This document shows positions 15,118-24,709 of a stretch of 64,000 nucleotides of DNA, in pieces. The translations under genes were made by a program, and so were the position numbers. Each line of letters starts with the position of its first letter. Position 1 is the first letter of the stretch. A model generated the notes under the pieces. It was not told the origin of the DNA. It saw only the letters and a list, made by a program, of their open reading frames with translations, and ran no database searches. The DNA comes from Escherichia coli (lineage in GTDB: Bacteria; Pseudomonadota; Gammaproteobacteria; Enterobacterales; Enterobacteriaceae). The stretch lies in assembly GCF_046105845.1 (NCBI RefSeq), contig NZ_CP151004.1; one strand, written 5' to 3'.

Positions 15118-15179
15118 ATCGGCGGAACCAGGCTTTTGCTTGAATGTTCCGTCAAGGGATCACGGGTAGGAGCCACCTT

Positions 15180-16172
15180 ATGAGTCAGAATACGCTGAAA
15201 GTTCATGATTTAAATGAAGATGCGGAATTTGATGAGAACGGAGTTGAGGTTTTTGACGAAAAGGCCTTAGTAGAAGAGGAACCCAGTGATAACGATTTGG
15301 CCGAAGAGGAACTGTTATCGCAGGGAGCCACACAGCGTGTGTTGGACGCGACTCAGCTTTACCTTGGTGAGATTGGTTATTCACCACTGTTAACGGCCGA
15401 AGAAGAAGTTTATTTTGCGCGTCGCGCACTGCGTGGAGATGTTGCCTCCCGCCGCCGGATGATCGAGAGTAACTTGCGTCTGGTGGTAAAAATTGCCCGC
15501 CGTTATGGCAATCGTGGTCTGGCGTTGCTGGACCTGATCGAAGAGGGCAACCTGGGGCTGATCCGCGCGGTAGAGAAGTTTGACCCGGAACGTGGTTTCC
15601 GCTTCTCAACATACGCAACCTGGTGGATTCGCCAGACGATCGAACGGGCGATTATGAACCAAACCCGTACTATTCGTTTGCCGATTCACATCGTAAAGGA
15701 GCTGAACGTTTACCTGCGAACCGCACGCGAGTTGTCCCATAAACTGGACCACGAACCAAGTGCGGAAGAGATCGCAGAGCAACTGGATAAGCCAGTTGAT
15801 GACGTCAGCCGTATGCTTCGTCTTAACGAGCGCATTACCTCGGTAGACACCCCGCTGGGTGGTGATTCCGAAAAAGCGTTGCTGGACATCCTGGCCGATG
15901 AAAAAGAGAACGGTCCGGAAGATACCACGCAAGATGACGATATGAAGCAGAGCATCGTCAAATGGCTGTTCGAGCTGAACGCCAAACAGCGTGAAGTACT
16001 GGCACGTCGATTCGGTTTGCTGGGGTACGAAGCGGCAACACTGGAAGATGTAGGTCGTGAAATTGGCCTCACCCGTGAACGTGTTCGCCAGATTCAGGTT
16101 GAAGGCCTGCGCCGTTTGCGCGAAATCCTGCAAACGCAGGGGCTGAATATCGAAGCGCTGTTCCGCGAGTAA
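15180..16172 (+). CDS. rpoS: RNA polymerase sigma factor RpoS (sigma-38), full length
   Basis: Internal ATG of track ORF 15144..16172 gives [34 protein letters not shown]... (330 aa); no premature stop, codon 33 reads E. Confidence 0.95.
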   Translation: MSQNTLKVHDLNEDAEFDENGVEVFDEKALVEEEPSDNDLAEEELLSQGATQRVLDATQLYLGEIGYSPLLTAEEEVYFARRALRGDVASRRRMIESNLRLVVKIARRYGNRGLALLDLIEEGNLGLIRAVEKFDPERGFRFSTYATWWIRQTIERAIMNQTRTIRLPIHIVKELNVYLRTARELSHKLDHEPSAEEIAEQLDKPVDDVSRMLRLNERITSVDTPLGGDSEKALLDILADEKENGPEDTTQDDDMKQSIVKWLFELNAKQREVLARRFGLLGYEAATLEDVGREIGLTRERVRQIQVEGLRRLREILQTQGLNIEALFRE

Positions 16173-16189
16173 GTAAGCATCTGTCAGAA

Positions 16190-16224
16190 AGGCCAGTCTC
16201 AAGCGAGGCTGGCCTTTTTCTTTT
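16190..16224 (+). terminator. Rho-independent terminator of rpoS
   Basis: GC-rich hairpin AGGCCAGTCTCAAGCGAGGCTGGCCT followed by a T-run, about 18 nt after the rpoS stop. Confidence 0.6.
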
Positions 16225-16292
16225 GTTTGGGAAGTCGGTGTGTTTTGTCGCCTGGATAAGACTCGTCAGCGTCCTACCCGGCAATCAGCATC

Positions 16293-16637
16293 CTATTTGC
16301 TCATCATCTTGCGCACCAACTGCATAAACAGCTCCTTCTCTTCTGCACTCAAACGCCCCAAAAATTCCTCATCCACACTGTCACCAATCGGTATCGCCGC
16401 AGCAAGTACCTTTTCTCCTTCGGCAGTCAGCCAGACAAAGCGACGCCGCTTGTCAGCGGCGTCATGTTCACGTCTGACTAAGCCACGATTTTCCATTCTT
16501 GCCAACATTTCTGCCAGCGTTGCTTTGGTGCTGACTGCTGCTTCTATCAGTGCCACCTGTTCGATACCAGGCTTATCAGCAATGGCGCGCATCACCGCGT
16601 ACTGTGGTTTGGTCAGGTCAGGTAACTCGACCCCGGC
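16293..16637 (-). pseudogene. MarR/SlyA-family regulator, apparently 5'-truncated
   Basis: The 100-aa track ORF begins inside the winged-helix region (…LTKPQYAVMMRAIADKPGIEQVALIEAAVSTKATLAEMLARMENRGLVRRE…); the frame stays open upstream only to a stop at about 16638, with no room for the N-terminal helix. Confidence 0.55.
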
Positions 16638-16793
16638 TCAAGCCCGGCCGGGATCACCGACAAGCTGATTATCGACGCCACCACGCCTGTCGCCCCGGAC
16701 AACCGTGGTCACTACAGCCAGCCCGTGGTGGATTTGCCGGAAACCAAAGCCTGGGCTGAAAAACTGACCGCTATGCTGGCCGCACGTAAATAA
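16626..16793 (+). pseudogene. 3' fragment (about 55 codons) of a UbiD-family decarboxylase gene
   Basis: Frame without a start codon translates to …GITDKLIIDATTPVAPDNRGHYSQPVVDLPETKAWAEKLTAMLAARK*, which looks like a UbiD-family C-terminus; it is bounded upstream by a stop at about 16623 and abuts the truncated MarR gene. Confidence 0.5.
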
Positions 16794-16803
16794 GGAGAAC
16801 AAG

Positions 16804-17040
16804 ATGATTTGTCCACGTTGTGCCGATGAACAGATTGAAGTGATGGCGAAATCGCCGGTAAAAGATGTCTGGACGGTCTACCAGTGCCAGCATTGCCTCT
16901 ATACCTGGCGCGATACCGAACCGCTACGCCGCACCAGCCGCGAACATTATCCCGAAGCGTTCCGCATGACGCAGAAAGATATTGATGACGCGCCGATGGT
17001 GCCGAGCATCCCGCCGCTGCTGGCGGCAGATAAGCGTTAA
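16804..17040 (+). CDS. Small zinc-ribbon protein resembling the D subunit of hydroxyarylic acid decarboxylases (EcdD/BsdD-like)
   Basis: 78-aa ORF MICPRCADEQIEV…VYQCQHCLYTW with two CxxC pairs; AAGGAG ribosome-binding site 7 nt upstream; lies right after the UbiD-like fragment. Confidence 0.6.
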   Translation: MICPRCADEQIEVMAKSPVKDVWTVYQCQHCLYTWRDTEPLRRTSREHYPEAFRMTQKDIDDAPMVPSIPPLLAADKR

Positions 17041-17080
17041 TAAAAAGTGCCGGGTAGTGGCTTTGCTTTACCCGGCCTCA

Positions 17081-17737
17081 TTACTTTATTTTATAAAATG
17101 ACAGCCGCCCGCTTTTCGGCGATCCGGTATCAATATAAATCTGGTTAGCGAACGTCTGAATGTTATCAAACATCATATGTCCAAATATAAAATAATCAGC
17201 GCCGTTTATTTGTTGTAACTCGCCATTAAGCGATTTCTGCACACGATCAACAGGCCAGAGTAGTTCTCTCTCCGCTATTTCTTTGTCAAAGAGATATTCA
17301 TTCCCCGGATAATCTGCATGTGCGATGACATATTTTATTATGTCGTTAGTGATTTCAATAATATGTGGAAGGCGATGAAATTTCAGCAACAGATTTATTG
17401 CTTCTTGTTGTTCCGTCTCATTTAATTCAAAGAACCAGTCGCCGCCGCTGGCAAGCCACATATTTCCATCGCCAGTTTCGAATGCATCAAGCGCCATCGC
17501 TTCATGGTTGCCTTTAACCGACGTAAACCAGGGTTGGTTTAGCAGGTGCAGCACGTTAAGACTCTCCGGCCCACGATCAATATTATCGCCGACAGAAATA
17601 AGTAAGTCGGTTTCAGGGCAAAAAGAGAGTTGATGTAAGCGGGATTGTAATAATTGATAGTCACCATGAATATCACCAACGGCCCATATATGGCGATAGT
17701 GATGGGTATTGATTTTTTGATAGCGTGTAGATGGCAT
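17081..17737 (-). CDS. pphB: Serine/threonine protein phosphatase 2
   Basis: 218-aa ORF with metallophosphatase motifs (GDIHGD, GDNIDRG, GNHE); adjacent to mutS. Confidence 0.9.
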   Translation of the reverse strand: MPSTRYQKINTHHYRHIWAVGDIHGDYQLLQSRLHQLSFCPETDLLISVGDNIDRGPESLNVLHLLNQPWFTSVKGNHEAMALDAFETGDGNMWLASGGDWFFELNETEQQEAINLLLKFHRLPHIIEITNDIIKYVIAHADYPGNEYLFDKEIAERELLWPVDRVQKSLNGELQQINGADYFIFGHMMFDNIQTFANQIYIDTGSPKSGRLSFYKIK

Positions 17738-17842
17738 GGTTTTACCCTGTAAAATAAGCTTTCCTATTATACAGGGTATTTTTATTTGATTCGTCAGTTG
17801 TCGTTAATATTCCCGATAGCAAAAGACTATCGGGAATTGTTA

Positions 17843-20404
17843 TTACACCAGACTCTTCAACCGATAAATCCACTCCAGCGCCTGACGCGGAGTCAGTGAA
17901 TCCGGGTCGAGGTTTTCCAGTGCCTCGACCGCAGGCGAAGTTTCTTCTGGTACGGGCAGCAAAGACATTTGCGTACCATCCACTTGCGTAGCGGCGGCGT
18001 TCGGCGAAATGCTTTCCAGCTCACGCAGTTTTTGCCGTGCGCGCTTAATCACCTCTTTTGGCACGCCCGCCAGAGCAGCAACCGCCAGGCCGTAGCTTTT
18101 GCTCGCCGCGCCATCCTGCACGCTATGCATAAAGGCAATGGTGTCGCCGTGCTCCAGTGCATCGAGATGCACGTTGGCGACGCCTTCCATTTTCTCCGGT
18201 AACTGGGTCAGCTCGAAATAGTGGGTAGCAAACAGCGTCAATGCCTTAATCTTATTCGCCAGATTTTCTGCGCACGCCCACGCCAGCGACAGACCATCGT
18301 AAGTGGACGTTCCACGCCCGATCTCATCCATTAACACCAGACTGTATTCGGTGGCGTTATGTAAAATATTGGCGGTTTCAGTCATCTCCACCATAAAGGT
18401 TGAGCGCCCGGAAGCCAGGTCATCTGCCGCGCCTACGCGGGTAAAGATGCGATCGATAGGTCCAATCTCGACTTTTTGTGCCGGTACATAGCTGCCGATG
18501 TAGGCCATCAGCGCAATCAGTGCGGTCTGGCGCATATAGGTACTTTTACCGCCCATATTCGGACCGGTAATGATCAACATGCGACGCTGCGGCGACAGGT
18601 TCAGCGGGTTGGCGATAAATGGCTCGTTCAGTACCTGTTCAACCACCGGATGGCGGCCTTCGGTGATGCGAATACCCGGTTTATCAATGAAGGTCGGGCA
18701 GGTGTAGTTCAGCGTATAGGCCCGTTCCGCCAGGTTCACCAGCACGTCGAGTTCCGCCAGCGCGCTCGCGCTCTGTTGCAACGCTTCCAGATGCGGCAAC
18801 AGCAGGTCGAACAACTCTTCATAAAGCTGTTTTTCCAGTGCTAGTGCTTTGCCTTTTGAAGTGAGAACTTTGTCTTCGTACTCTTTTAGCTCTGGAATAA
18901 TGTAGCGCTCGGCGTTTTTCAGCGTCTGGCGACGCATGTAATTGATGGGTGCCAGATGGCTTTGTCCACGGCTGATCTGAATGTAATAACCATGAACCGC
19001 GTTAAAGCCGACTTTCAGCGTGTCCAGGCCAGTACGTTCACGCTCGCGGACTTCCAGACGCTCCAGATAATCGGTCGCGCCGTCAGCCAGCGCGCGCCAC
19101 TCATCCAGCTCTTCGTTATAGCCCGATGCGATAACACCACCGTCGCGTACCAGCACTGGCGGTGTGTCGATGATTGCTCGCTCCAGCAGATCGCGCAGCT
19201 CGGCAAACTCGCCCATCTTCTCACGTAGCGCCTGTACCGGAGCGCTATCGACAGTTTCTAACTGCGCACGCAGCTCCGGCAGTTGCTGGAAAGCGTGACG
19301 CATACGGGCCAGATCGCGTGGGCGAGCAGTTCGTAAAGCCAGACGCGCCAGAATACGTTCCAGGTCGCCGACCTGACGCAGTACCGGCTGCAGCTCGGCG
19401 GTGAAATCCTGCAATGCGCCAATAGTTTGCTGGCGCTCAAGCAACACGCGGGTATCGCGCACTGGCATATGCAGCCAGCGTTTCAGCATACGACTACCCA
19501 TCGGCGTTACAGTGCAGTCGAGCACTGAAGCCAGCGTGTTTTCCGCACCGCCCGCCAGGTTCTGAGTAATTTCCAGGTTACGACGTGTCGCGGCATCCAT
19601 AATGATGCTGTCCTGCTCACGTTCCATGGTGATAGAACGAATATGTGGCAGGGTCGTACGTTGGGTATCTTTCGCATACTGCAACAGACAACCGGCAGCA
19701 CAAAGTCCGCGCGGCGCGTTCTCGACGCCAAAACCGACCAGATCGCGGGTGCCAAATTGCAGATTCAACTGCTGGCGCGCGGTGTCGATTTCAAACTCCC
19801 ACAGCGGGCGACGGCGCAGGCCGCGACGGCCTTCAATTAACGACATTTCAGCAAAATCTTCTGCATACAGCAGTTCCGCAGGATTAGTGCGTTGCAGTTC
19901 TGCCGCCATCGTTTCCCGGTCAGCCGGTTCGCTCAGGCGAAAACGACCGGAACTGATATCCAGCGTCGCGTAGCCGAAACCTTTGCTGTCCTGCCAGATA
20001 GCCGCCAGCAGGTTGTCCTGACGCTCCTGCAACAGGGCTTCATCGCTGATGGTGCCTGGCGTAACGATACGCACAACTTTGCGCTCAACCGGACCTTTGC
20101 TGGTCGCCGGATCGCCAATTTGTTCGCAGATGGCAACGGACTCGCCCTGATTCACCAGTTTGGCGAGGTAGTTTTCCACCGCATGGTAGGGAATCCCCGC
20201 CATCGGGATCGGCTCTCCCGCCGAAGCACCGCGTTTGGTCAGTGAAATATCCAGCAGTTGCGATGCGCGTTTTGCGTCGTCATAAAACAGTTCATAAAAA
20301 TCACCCATCCGGTAAAACAGCAGGATCTCGGGATGCTGGGCTTTCAGCTTGAGATACTGCTGCATCATGGGCGTATGGGCGTCGAAATTTTCTATTGCAC
20401 TCAT
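17843..20404 (-). CDS. mutS: DNA mismatch repair protein MutS
   Basis: 853-aa [43 protein letters not shown]… with Walker [10 protein letters not shown]. Confidence 0.97.
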   Translation of the reverse strand: MSAIENFDAHTPMMQQYLKLKAQHPEILLFYRMGDFYELFYDDAKRASQLLDISLTKRGASAGEPIPMAGIPYHAVENYLAKLVNQGESVAICEQIGDPATSKGPVERKVVRIVTPGTISDEALLQERQDNLLAAIWQDSKGFGYATLDISSGRFRLSEPADRETMAAELQRTNPAELLYAEDFAEMSLIEGRRGLRRRPLWEFEIDTARQQLNLQFGTRDLVGFGVENAPRGLCAAGCLLQYAKDTQRTTLPHIRSITMEREQDSIIMDAATRRNLEITQNLAGGAENTLASVLDCTVTPMGSRMLKRWLHMPVRDTRVLLERQQTIGALQDFTAELQPVLRQVGDLERILARLALRTARPRDLARMRHAFQQLPELRAQLETVDSAPVQALREKMGEFAELRDLLERAIIDTPPVLVRDGGVIASGYNEELDEWRALADGATDYLERLEVRERERTGLDTLKVGFNAVHGYYIQISRGQSHLAPINYMRRQTLKNAERYIIPELKEYEDKVLTSKGKALALEKQLYEELFDLLLPHLEALQQSASALAELDVLVNLAERAYTLNYTCPTFIDKPGIRITEGRHPVVEQVLNEPFIANPLNLSPQRRMLIITGPNMGGKSTYMRQTALIALMAYIGSYVPAQKVEIGPIDRIFTRVGAADDLASGRSTFMVEMTETANILHNATEYSLVLMDEIGRGTSTYDGLSLAWACAENLANKIKALTLFATHYFELTQLPEKMEGVANVHLDALEHGDTIAFMHSVQDGAASKSYGLAVAALAGVPKEVIKRARQKLRELESISPNAAATQVDGTQMSLLPVPEETSPAVEALENLDPDSLTPRQALEWIYRLKSLV

Positions 20405-20650
20405 GGGGTTATGTCCGGTTCCCTGATATTAAATGGGGTGTGATGGTTTTTATTTTCGTTGTAATCACATAAGGCGCACATGATACCGGAGTTAATCATT
20501 TCAGGGGAAGAAGCGAACGGCGAGTTCTTGATGCTGGTTCCGGGAAAGATGCTGTTTTGCAGCTTTTGCGTGATGCTTATGAAGCAAGTACGCAAAATTG
20601 TATCGGTTGGCTAACCCTTCTTCTTTAGAGTCATAGTGCCTTTTAAGATT

Positions 20651-20673
20651 AAGTTGTAATATAAATGCATCTT
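20651..20673. promoter_or_regulatory. Candidate NsrR operator upstream of ygbA
   Basis: AAGTTGTAATATAAATGCATCTT lies about 18-40 nt upstream of the ygbA ATG; the right half matches the AAATGCATCTT half-site I recall for NsrR, and ygbA is a known NsrR regulon member. Left half is degenerate. Confidence 0.4.
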
Positions 20674-20690
20674 AATGAGGTGGAGGCAGC

Positions 20691-21035
20691 ATGTCCGGCA
20701 AGCGTATCTCTCGTGAAAAACTGACGATTAAAAAAATGATCGATCTTTATCAAGCGAAATGCCCGCAGGCGTCAGCGGAGCCGGAGCATTACGAGGCGTT
20801 GTTTGTTTACGCGCAAAAGCGGCTGGATAAATGTGTGTTCGGCGAAGAGAAACCAGCCTGTAAGCAGTGTCCGGTGCACTGTTACCAGCCTGCAAAGCGT
20901 GAAGAGATGAAACAGATTATGCGTTGGGCCGGGCCGAGAATGCTGTGGCGTCATCCGATCTTAACCGTGCGTCATCTCATCGATGACAAGCGTCCGGTGC
21001 CGGAGTTGCCAGAAAAATATCGTCCAAAGAAATAA
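20691..21035 (+). CDS. ygbA: Nitric oxide-responsive protein YgbA
   Basis: 114-aa ORF MSGKRISREKLTIKKMIDLYQAKCPQASAEPEHYE…; divergent from mutS. Confidence 0.85.
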   Translation: MSGKRISREKLTIKKMIDLYQAKCPQASAEPEHYEALFVYAQKRLDKCVFGEEKPACKQCPVHCYQPAKREEMKQIMRWAGPRMLWRHPILTVRHLIDDKRPVPELPEKYRPKK

Positions 21036-21073
21036 ATCTGCCGGAGAGCCATACTCTCCGGCAAATAAGGCGT

Positions 21074-21502
21074 TTACGCTTTGGTGGCAATCAGGATGGC
21101 TGATGCTTTGATCAATGCAATAACGCGTGAGCCAGTGGTGAGTTTCATTTCATCCTGACTTTCATTTGTTACCACTGCCACAATTTCAAAACCCGCATCC
21201 GTTTTGATATGGACAGTGGCGTTCACTGCGCCTTCGGTGATTGTCGACACGCTGCCAGCAAACTGGTTGCGAGCAGAGAATTTCAGTCCACAGTCTTCCG
21301 TTGCCAGCGTTACCCACGGGGCTTTAATCAGGGCAATCGCTTCTTTCCCTTTCGCCAGACCCAGAGCCTGCTGGCTGCTGTGAGTCACAATTGCCACCAG
21401 CTTTGCACCACCTGCCAGCGTCAGTTCTACTTCGTCATTCACCGCGCCCATTGCTACTGCGCTAACTGTTCCGGTTAATTGATTTCTTGCTGAAACTGCC
21501 AT
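21074..21502 (-). CDS. Tandem TOBE (Mop-like) molybdate/tungstate-binding protein
   Basis: 142 aa from the ATG that has a strong GAAAGGAGG ribosome-binding site; two ~68-aa repeats each starting with the SARNQ(L/F)xG(T/S)V Mop signature; starts 44 nt after the fhlA stop on the same strand. Confidence 0.75.
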   Translation of the reverse strand: MAVSARNQLTGTVSAVAMGAVNDEVELTLAGGAKLVAIVTHSSQQALGLAKGKEAIALIKAPWVTLATEDCGLKFSARNQFAGSVSTITEGAVNATVHIKTDAGFEIVAVVTNESQDEMKLTTGSRVIALIKASAILIATKA

Positions 21503-21546
21503 ACTGCCTCCTTTCATTGAATGTTGATCGAGTATAACCACATCTG

Positions 21547-23625
21547 TTAAATCAATGCCGATTTATCAATTCCCAGTCGCTTCATCCGTGACAGCAGAGT
21601 CGTGCGTTTCAGCCCCAGACGTTGCGCAGCGCCTTTAGGCCCGGCAACCACGCCGTTGGTTTCTTTCAGCACGCGAACAATCAACTGATATTCATCTTCG
21701 CCCTCCTGGGCGACAACCGTTGCGGCAGGCGGCGTTTCTGGTTCCGGTAAAACAATATCTGGCAGTGACAGCTGCAGCACGTTGCCGCGTGTTAGCAATA
21801 CCGCGCGCTCAATGACGTTTTCCAGTTCGCGTACGTTACCCGGCCACTCCATGTTGCTCAGGATGCGCAGCGTCTCGGCAGGAATGCTGTCGATATTGCG
21901 CCCCAGACGACGGGCAATTTTGAAGGTAAAGGCTTTCGCCAGCAGCGGAATATCTTCCGGACGCTCGCGTAGTGGCGGCAGGTGAATCGGGAATACGTTC
22001 AGGCGGTAATAGAGATCGCTACGGAACTCACGGTCGGCGACCATTTTTTTCAGATCGCGGTTAGTTGCGGCGATTAGACGCACGTCCGTCTGAATGATTT
22101 TGTTGCTGCCGAGACGTTCAAACTCCTGTTCCTGTAATACACGCAGCAACTTCGGCTGTAACTCCAGTGGCATATCGCCCACTTCGTCGAGGAACAGGGA
22201 GCTTTTATCCGCCAGTTCAAAACGACCGATACGCTGGGCGCTGGCACCGGTAAAAGCCCCACGCTCATGACCAAACAGATCGCTCTCTAGCAATCCGGCA
22301 GGCATCGCCGCGCAGTTCATTTTTACCATGCGGCGATTATTACGCCCACTGAGATTATGGATCGCGCGGGCAATCAGCTCTTTACCCGTGCCAGTTTCAC
22401 CGAGGATCAGCACGGTACTGTCGCTTTGCGCCACCATTTCAACTTGTTTAAGTACGCTGTACATGGCTTCGCTGCGGCCAATAATCTCGCCAAATTCACT
22501 ATCAACATTGTTGAGCTGCTCGGTCAGGGCGAGGTTTTCATCAACCAGCCGTTCTTTCAGACGATGGATTTCCTGATAGGCGAGGGCGTTATCGACAGCG
22601 ATTGCCACACGTTCGGCAATCTGGCGCAGTAAATTCAGATTGGTAGTGGTAAACACTTTCTCTTCGCATTGCGCCAGTTTCAGCACGCCCAGCATGGTGT
22701 CGCCAGACATCAGCGGTAACAGGCACAAGGTTTGAATCTGGTTGCCCCAGGTGTCGAACAACATGCGTTCATAGGGGGCTAAATCGTCCCGCTCGTGGAG
22801 ATTAATCAGCAGCATCTCTTTGCTTTTGAACACGCGTTCGGTGAGGGTTCCGGCTTCATCGACTTCGCTCTGTTCGTGGGCGGGATGCTGTTTATCAAGA
22901 TAGTGAGTGGAGTAGATGTTGAGTTTGTTTTTACGGTGGCTGCGTAAGACGATGCTGATATCGTCAATGTCGAAGTAGTAATGGATTTCTTTGGCGACTT
23001 CGCTGACCAGTTCGTCCATATCCAGGCGGGAAAGCACCGCGTTGGTAATGGCAACCAGGATGCGGAAGTTATCGCGCTCCCGGCATAACAACTCATAGTC
23101 GACATTATTGACGACGCGGCTCTGGATTTGTTCGGTGACGACAGAAACGATCTGCGTAAATGTTTGCAGACGATTGAACTCTTTTTCGCTCCAGGGGCGA
23201 TCGTCATAACGAATAAATTCACAGCCACCAAAAATATGCCCTTCCGCCGCCAGTGGCATCAGGCAATAGTGACCAAATTTGGGGTATAGCCCACCTGCGG
23301 CCAGCTGCGGCCAGGTTTCACAAAATTCTTCGTAACTGCAATGCAGCGTATCAGGGCGCGACAAAATGCTGCGTACCGGACCGTGTGCCAGAACAGTTTC
23401 GTCTTCATATTTAATGGGGGTGTCTTTTTCACGCGATGCGTAATAAGACGCACGTTGAGTCTGCGCTTGCCACAACACAATAGCCGCGTTGTCGGCGAGC
23501 GCAGAACGCTTTACCAGTTGCGAAAGAGCCTCACACAGCGAGGCCAGATCGGGCTGCTGCAATAGTGTCCGAGTGATGTCGAACAACCCTTGTTGTCCGA
23601 GATCACTCATCGGTGTATATGACAT
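21547..23625 (-). CDS. fhlA: Formate hydrogenlyase transcriptional activator FhlA (sigma54 enhancer-binding protein)
   Basis: Internal ATG of track ORF gives MSYTPMSDLGQQGLFDITRTLLQQPDLASL… (692 aa); AAA+ sigma54-interaction domain ([14 protein letters not shown]). Confidence 0.95.
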   Translation of the reverse strand: MSYTPMSDLGQQGLFDITRTLLQQPDLASLCEALSQLVKRSALADNAAIVLWQAQTQRASYYASREKDTPIKYEDETVLAHGPVRSILSRPDTLHCSYEEFCETWPQLAAGGLYPKFGHYCLMPLAAEGHIFGGCEFIRYDDRPWSEKEFNRLQTFTQIVSVVTEQIQSRVVNNVDYELLCRERDNFRILVAITNAVLSRLDMDELVSEVAKEIHYYFDIDDISIVLRSHRKNKLNIYSTHYLDKQHPAHEQSEVDEAGTLTERVFKSKEMLLINLHERDDLAPYERMLFDTWGNQIQTLCLLPLMSGDTMLGVLKLAQCEEKVFTTTNLNLLRQIAERVAIAVDNALAYQEIHRLKERLVDENLALTEQLNNVDSEFGEIIGRSEAMYSVLKQVEMVAQSDSTVLILGETGTGKELIARAIHNLSGRNNRRMVKMNCAAMPAGLLESDLFGHERGAFTGASAQRIGRFELADKSSLFLDEVGDMPLELQPKLLRVLQEQEFERLGSNKIIQTDVRLIAATNRDLKKMVADREFRSDLYYRLNVFPIHLPPLRERPEDIPLLAKAFTFKIARRLGRNIDSIPAETLRILSNMEWPGNVRELENVIERAVLLTRGNVLQLSLPDIVLPEPETPPAATVVAQEGEDEYQLIVRVLKETNGVVAGPKGAAQRLGLKRTTLLSRMKRLGIDKSALI

Positions 23626-23698
23626 TTTGTTCTTCCAGGAAAGCACCGCAAAGCGGTGCAAAAGGTCATTGACTAACTATAGGAGATTTAGAATTTTA

Positions 23699-24709
23699 TT
23701 AGCATATACGCGGAAGCGGTTCGGCGTGCGGTAGATCGAGGGTTCGTTTCACGCCATACAGACCGGCAAGACGAACACCTTTACGTTCCACCACTTCACC
23801 AATCAGCGCCGCGTCTTTTCCCAGTGGATGGGAATGTAACGCTGCCAGCACTTGCTCTGCCGCGTTGCGTTCAACGGCGATCACCAGTTTGCCTTCGTTG
23901 GCAAAGTTAAGGGCGTCCAGTCCCAGCAGTTCGCAAACGCCGCGCACAGCAGGTTTAACCGGCAGTGCCGCTTCTGAAAGTTCAATACCGCAACCGCAGG
24001 CTGCCGCGAACTCATGAACTACCGCGTTCACACCACCACGGGTGGCATCACGCAGCGCTTTCACGCCGGGAATGTCACGCAGCGTCTGAATAAGCGGCGT
24101 TAGTACCGCGCAGTCGCTGACCAGTTCGCCGTCCAGCCCCAGTTGCTCACGCAGGTTAAGGATAGTCGCCCCGTGGTCCCCGAGTGTACCGCTAACCAGC
24201 AATACATCGCCTGCGGTTAGCGTCTGTGCGCCCCAGTGAATATTCGCCGGAATTGCGCCCATGCCAGCGGTGTTGATAAACAGTTTATCTGCCGCGCCGC
24301 GCTGCACCACTTTAGTATCGCCAGTGACGATGGCAATGCCTGCCGCGCGGGCGGTTTCTGCCATGCTGGTCACTACGGCTTTCAGTGTCTCCATCGGCAA
24401 TCCTTCTTCGAGGATAAAGCCACAGGAGAGATAGCGCGGAATAGCGCCACTGACCGCAACGTCATTCGCGGTGCCGCAAATCGCCAGCTTGCCGATATTA
24501 CCGCCAGGAAAGAACAGCGGGTCAATGACGTAACTGTCGGTGGAGAACGCCAGACGGTCGCCTTCCGCTACCAGCTGCGCCAGATCAAGACGTGCCTGAT
24601 CTTCCTGCTCTGCCAGCCACGGGTTGGCAAAGGCTTCCATAAACAGGCTGTTGATTAATTGCTGCATCGCCTGGCCGCCGCTACCGTGGGCGAGTTGGAT
24701 ATTATTCAC
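23699..24709 (-). CDS. hypE: Hydrogenase maturation protein HypE
   Basis: 336-aa ORF MNNIQLAHGSGGQAMQQLINSLF…, recognised as HypE. Confidence 0.93.
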   Translation of the reverse strand: MNNIQLAHGSGGQAMQQLINSLFMEAFANPWLAEQEDQARLDLAQLVAEGDRLAFSTDSYVIDPLFFPGGNIGKLAICGTANDVAVSGAIPRYLSCGFILEEGLPMETLKAVVTSMAETARAAGIAIVTGDTKVVQRGAADKLFINTAGMGAIPANIHWGAQTLTAGDVLLVSGTLGDHGATILNLREQLGLDGELVSDCAVLTPLIQTLRDIPGVKALRDATRGGVNAVVHEFAAACGCGIELSEAALPVKPAVRGVCELLGLDALNFANEGKLVIAVERNAAEQVLAALHSHPLGKDAALIGEVVERKGVRLAGLYGVKRTLDLPHAEPLPRIC

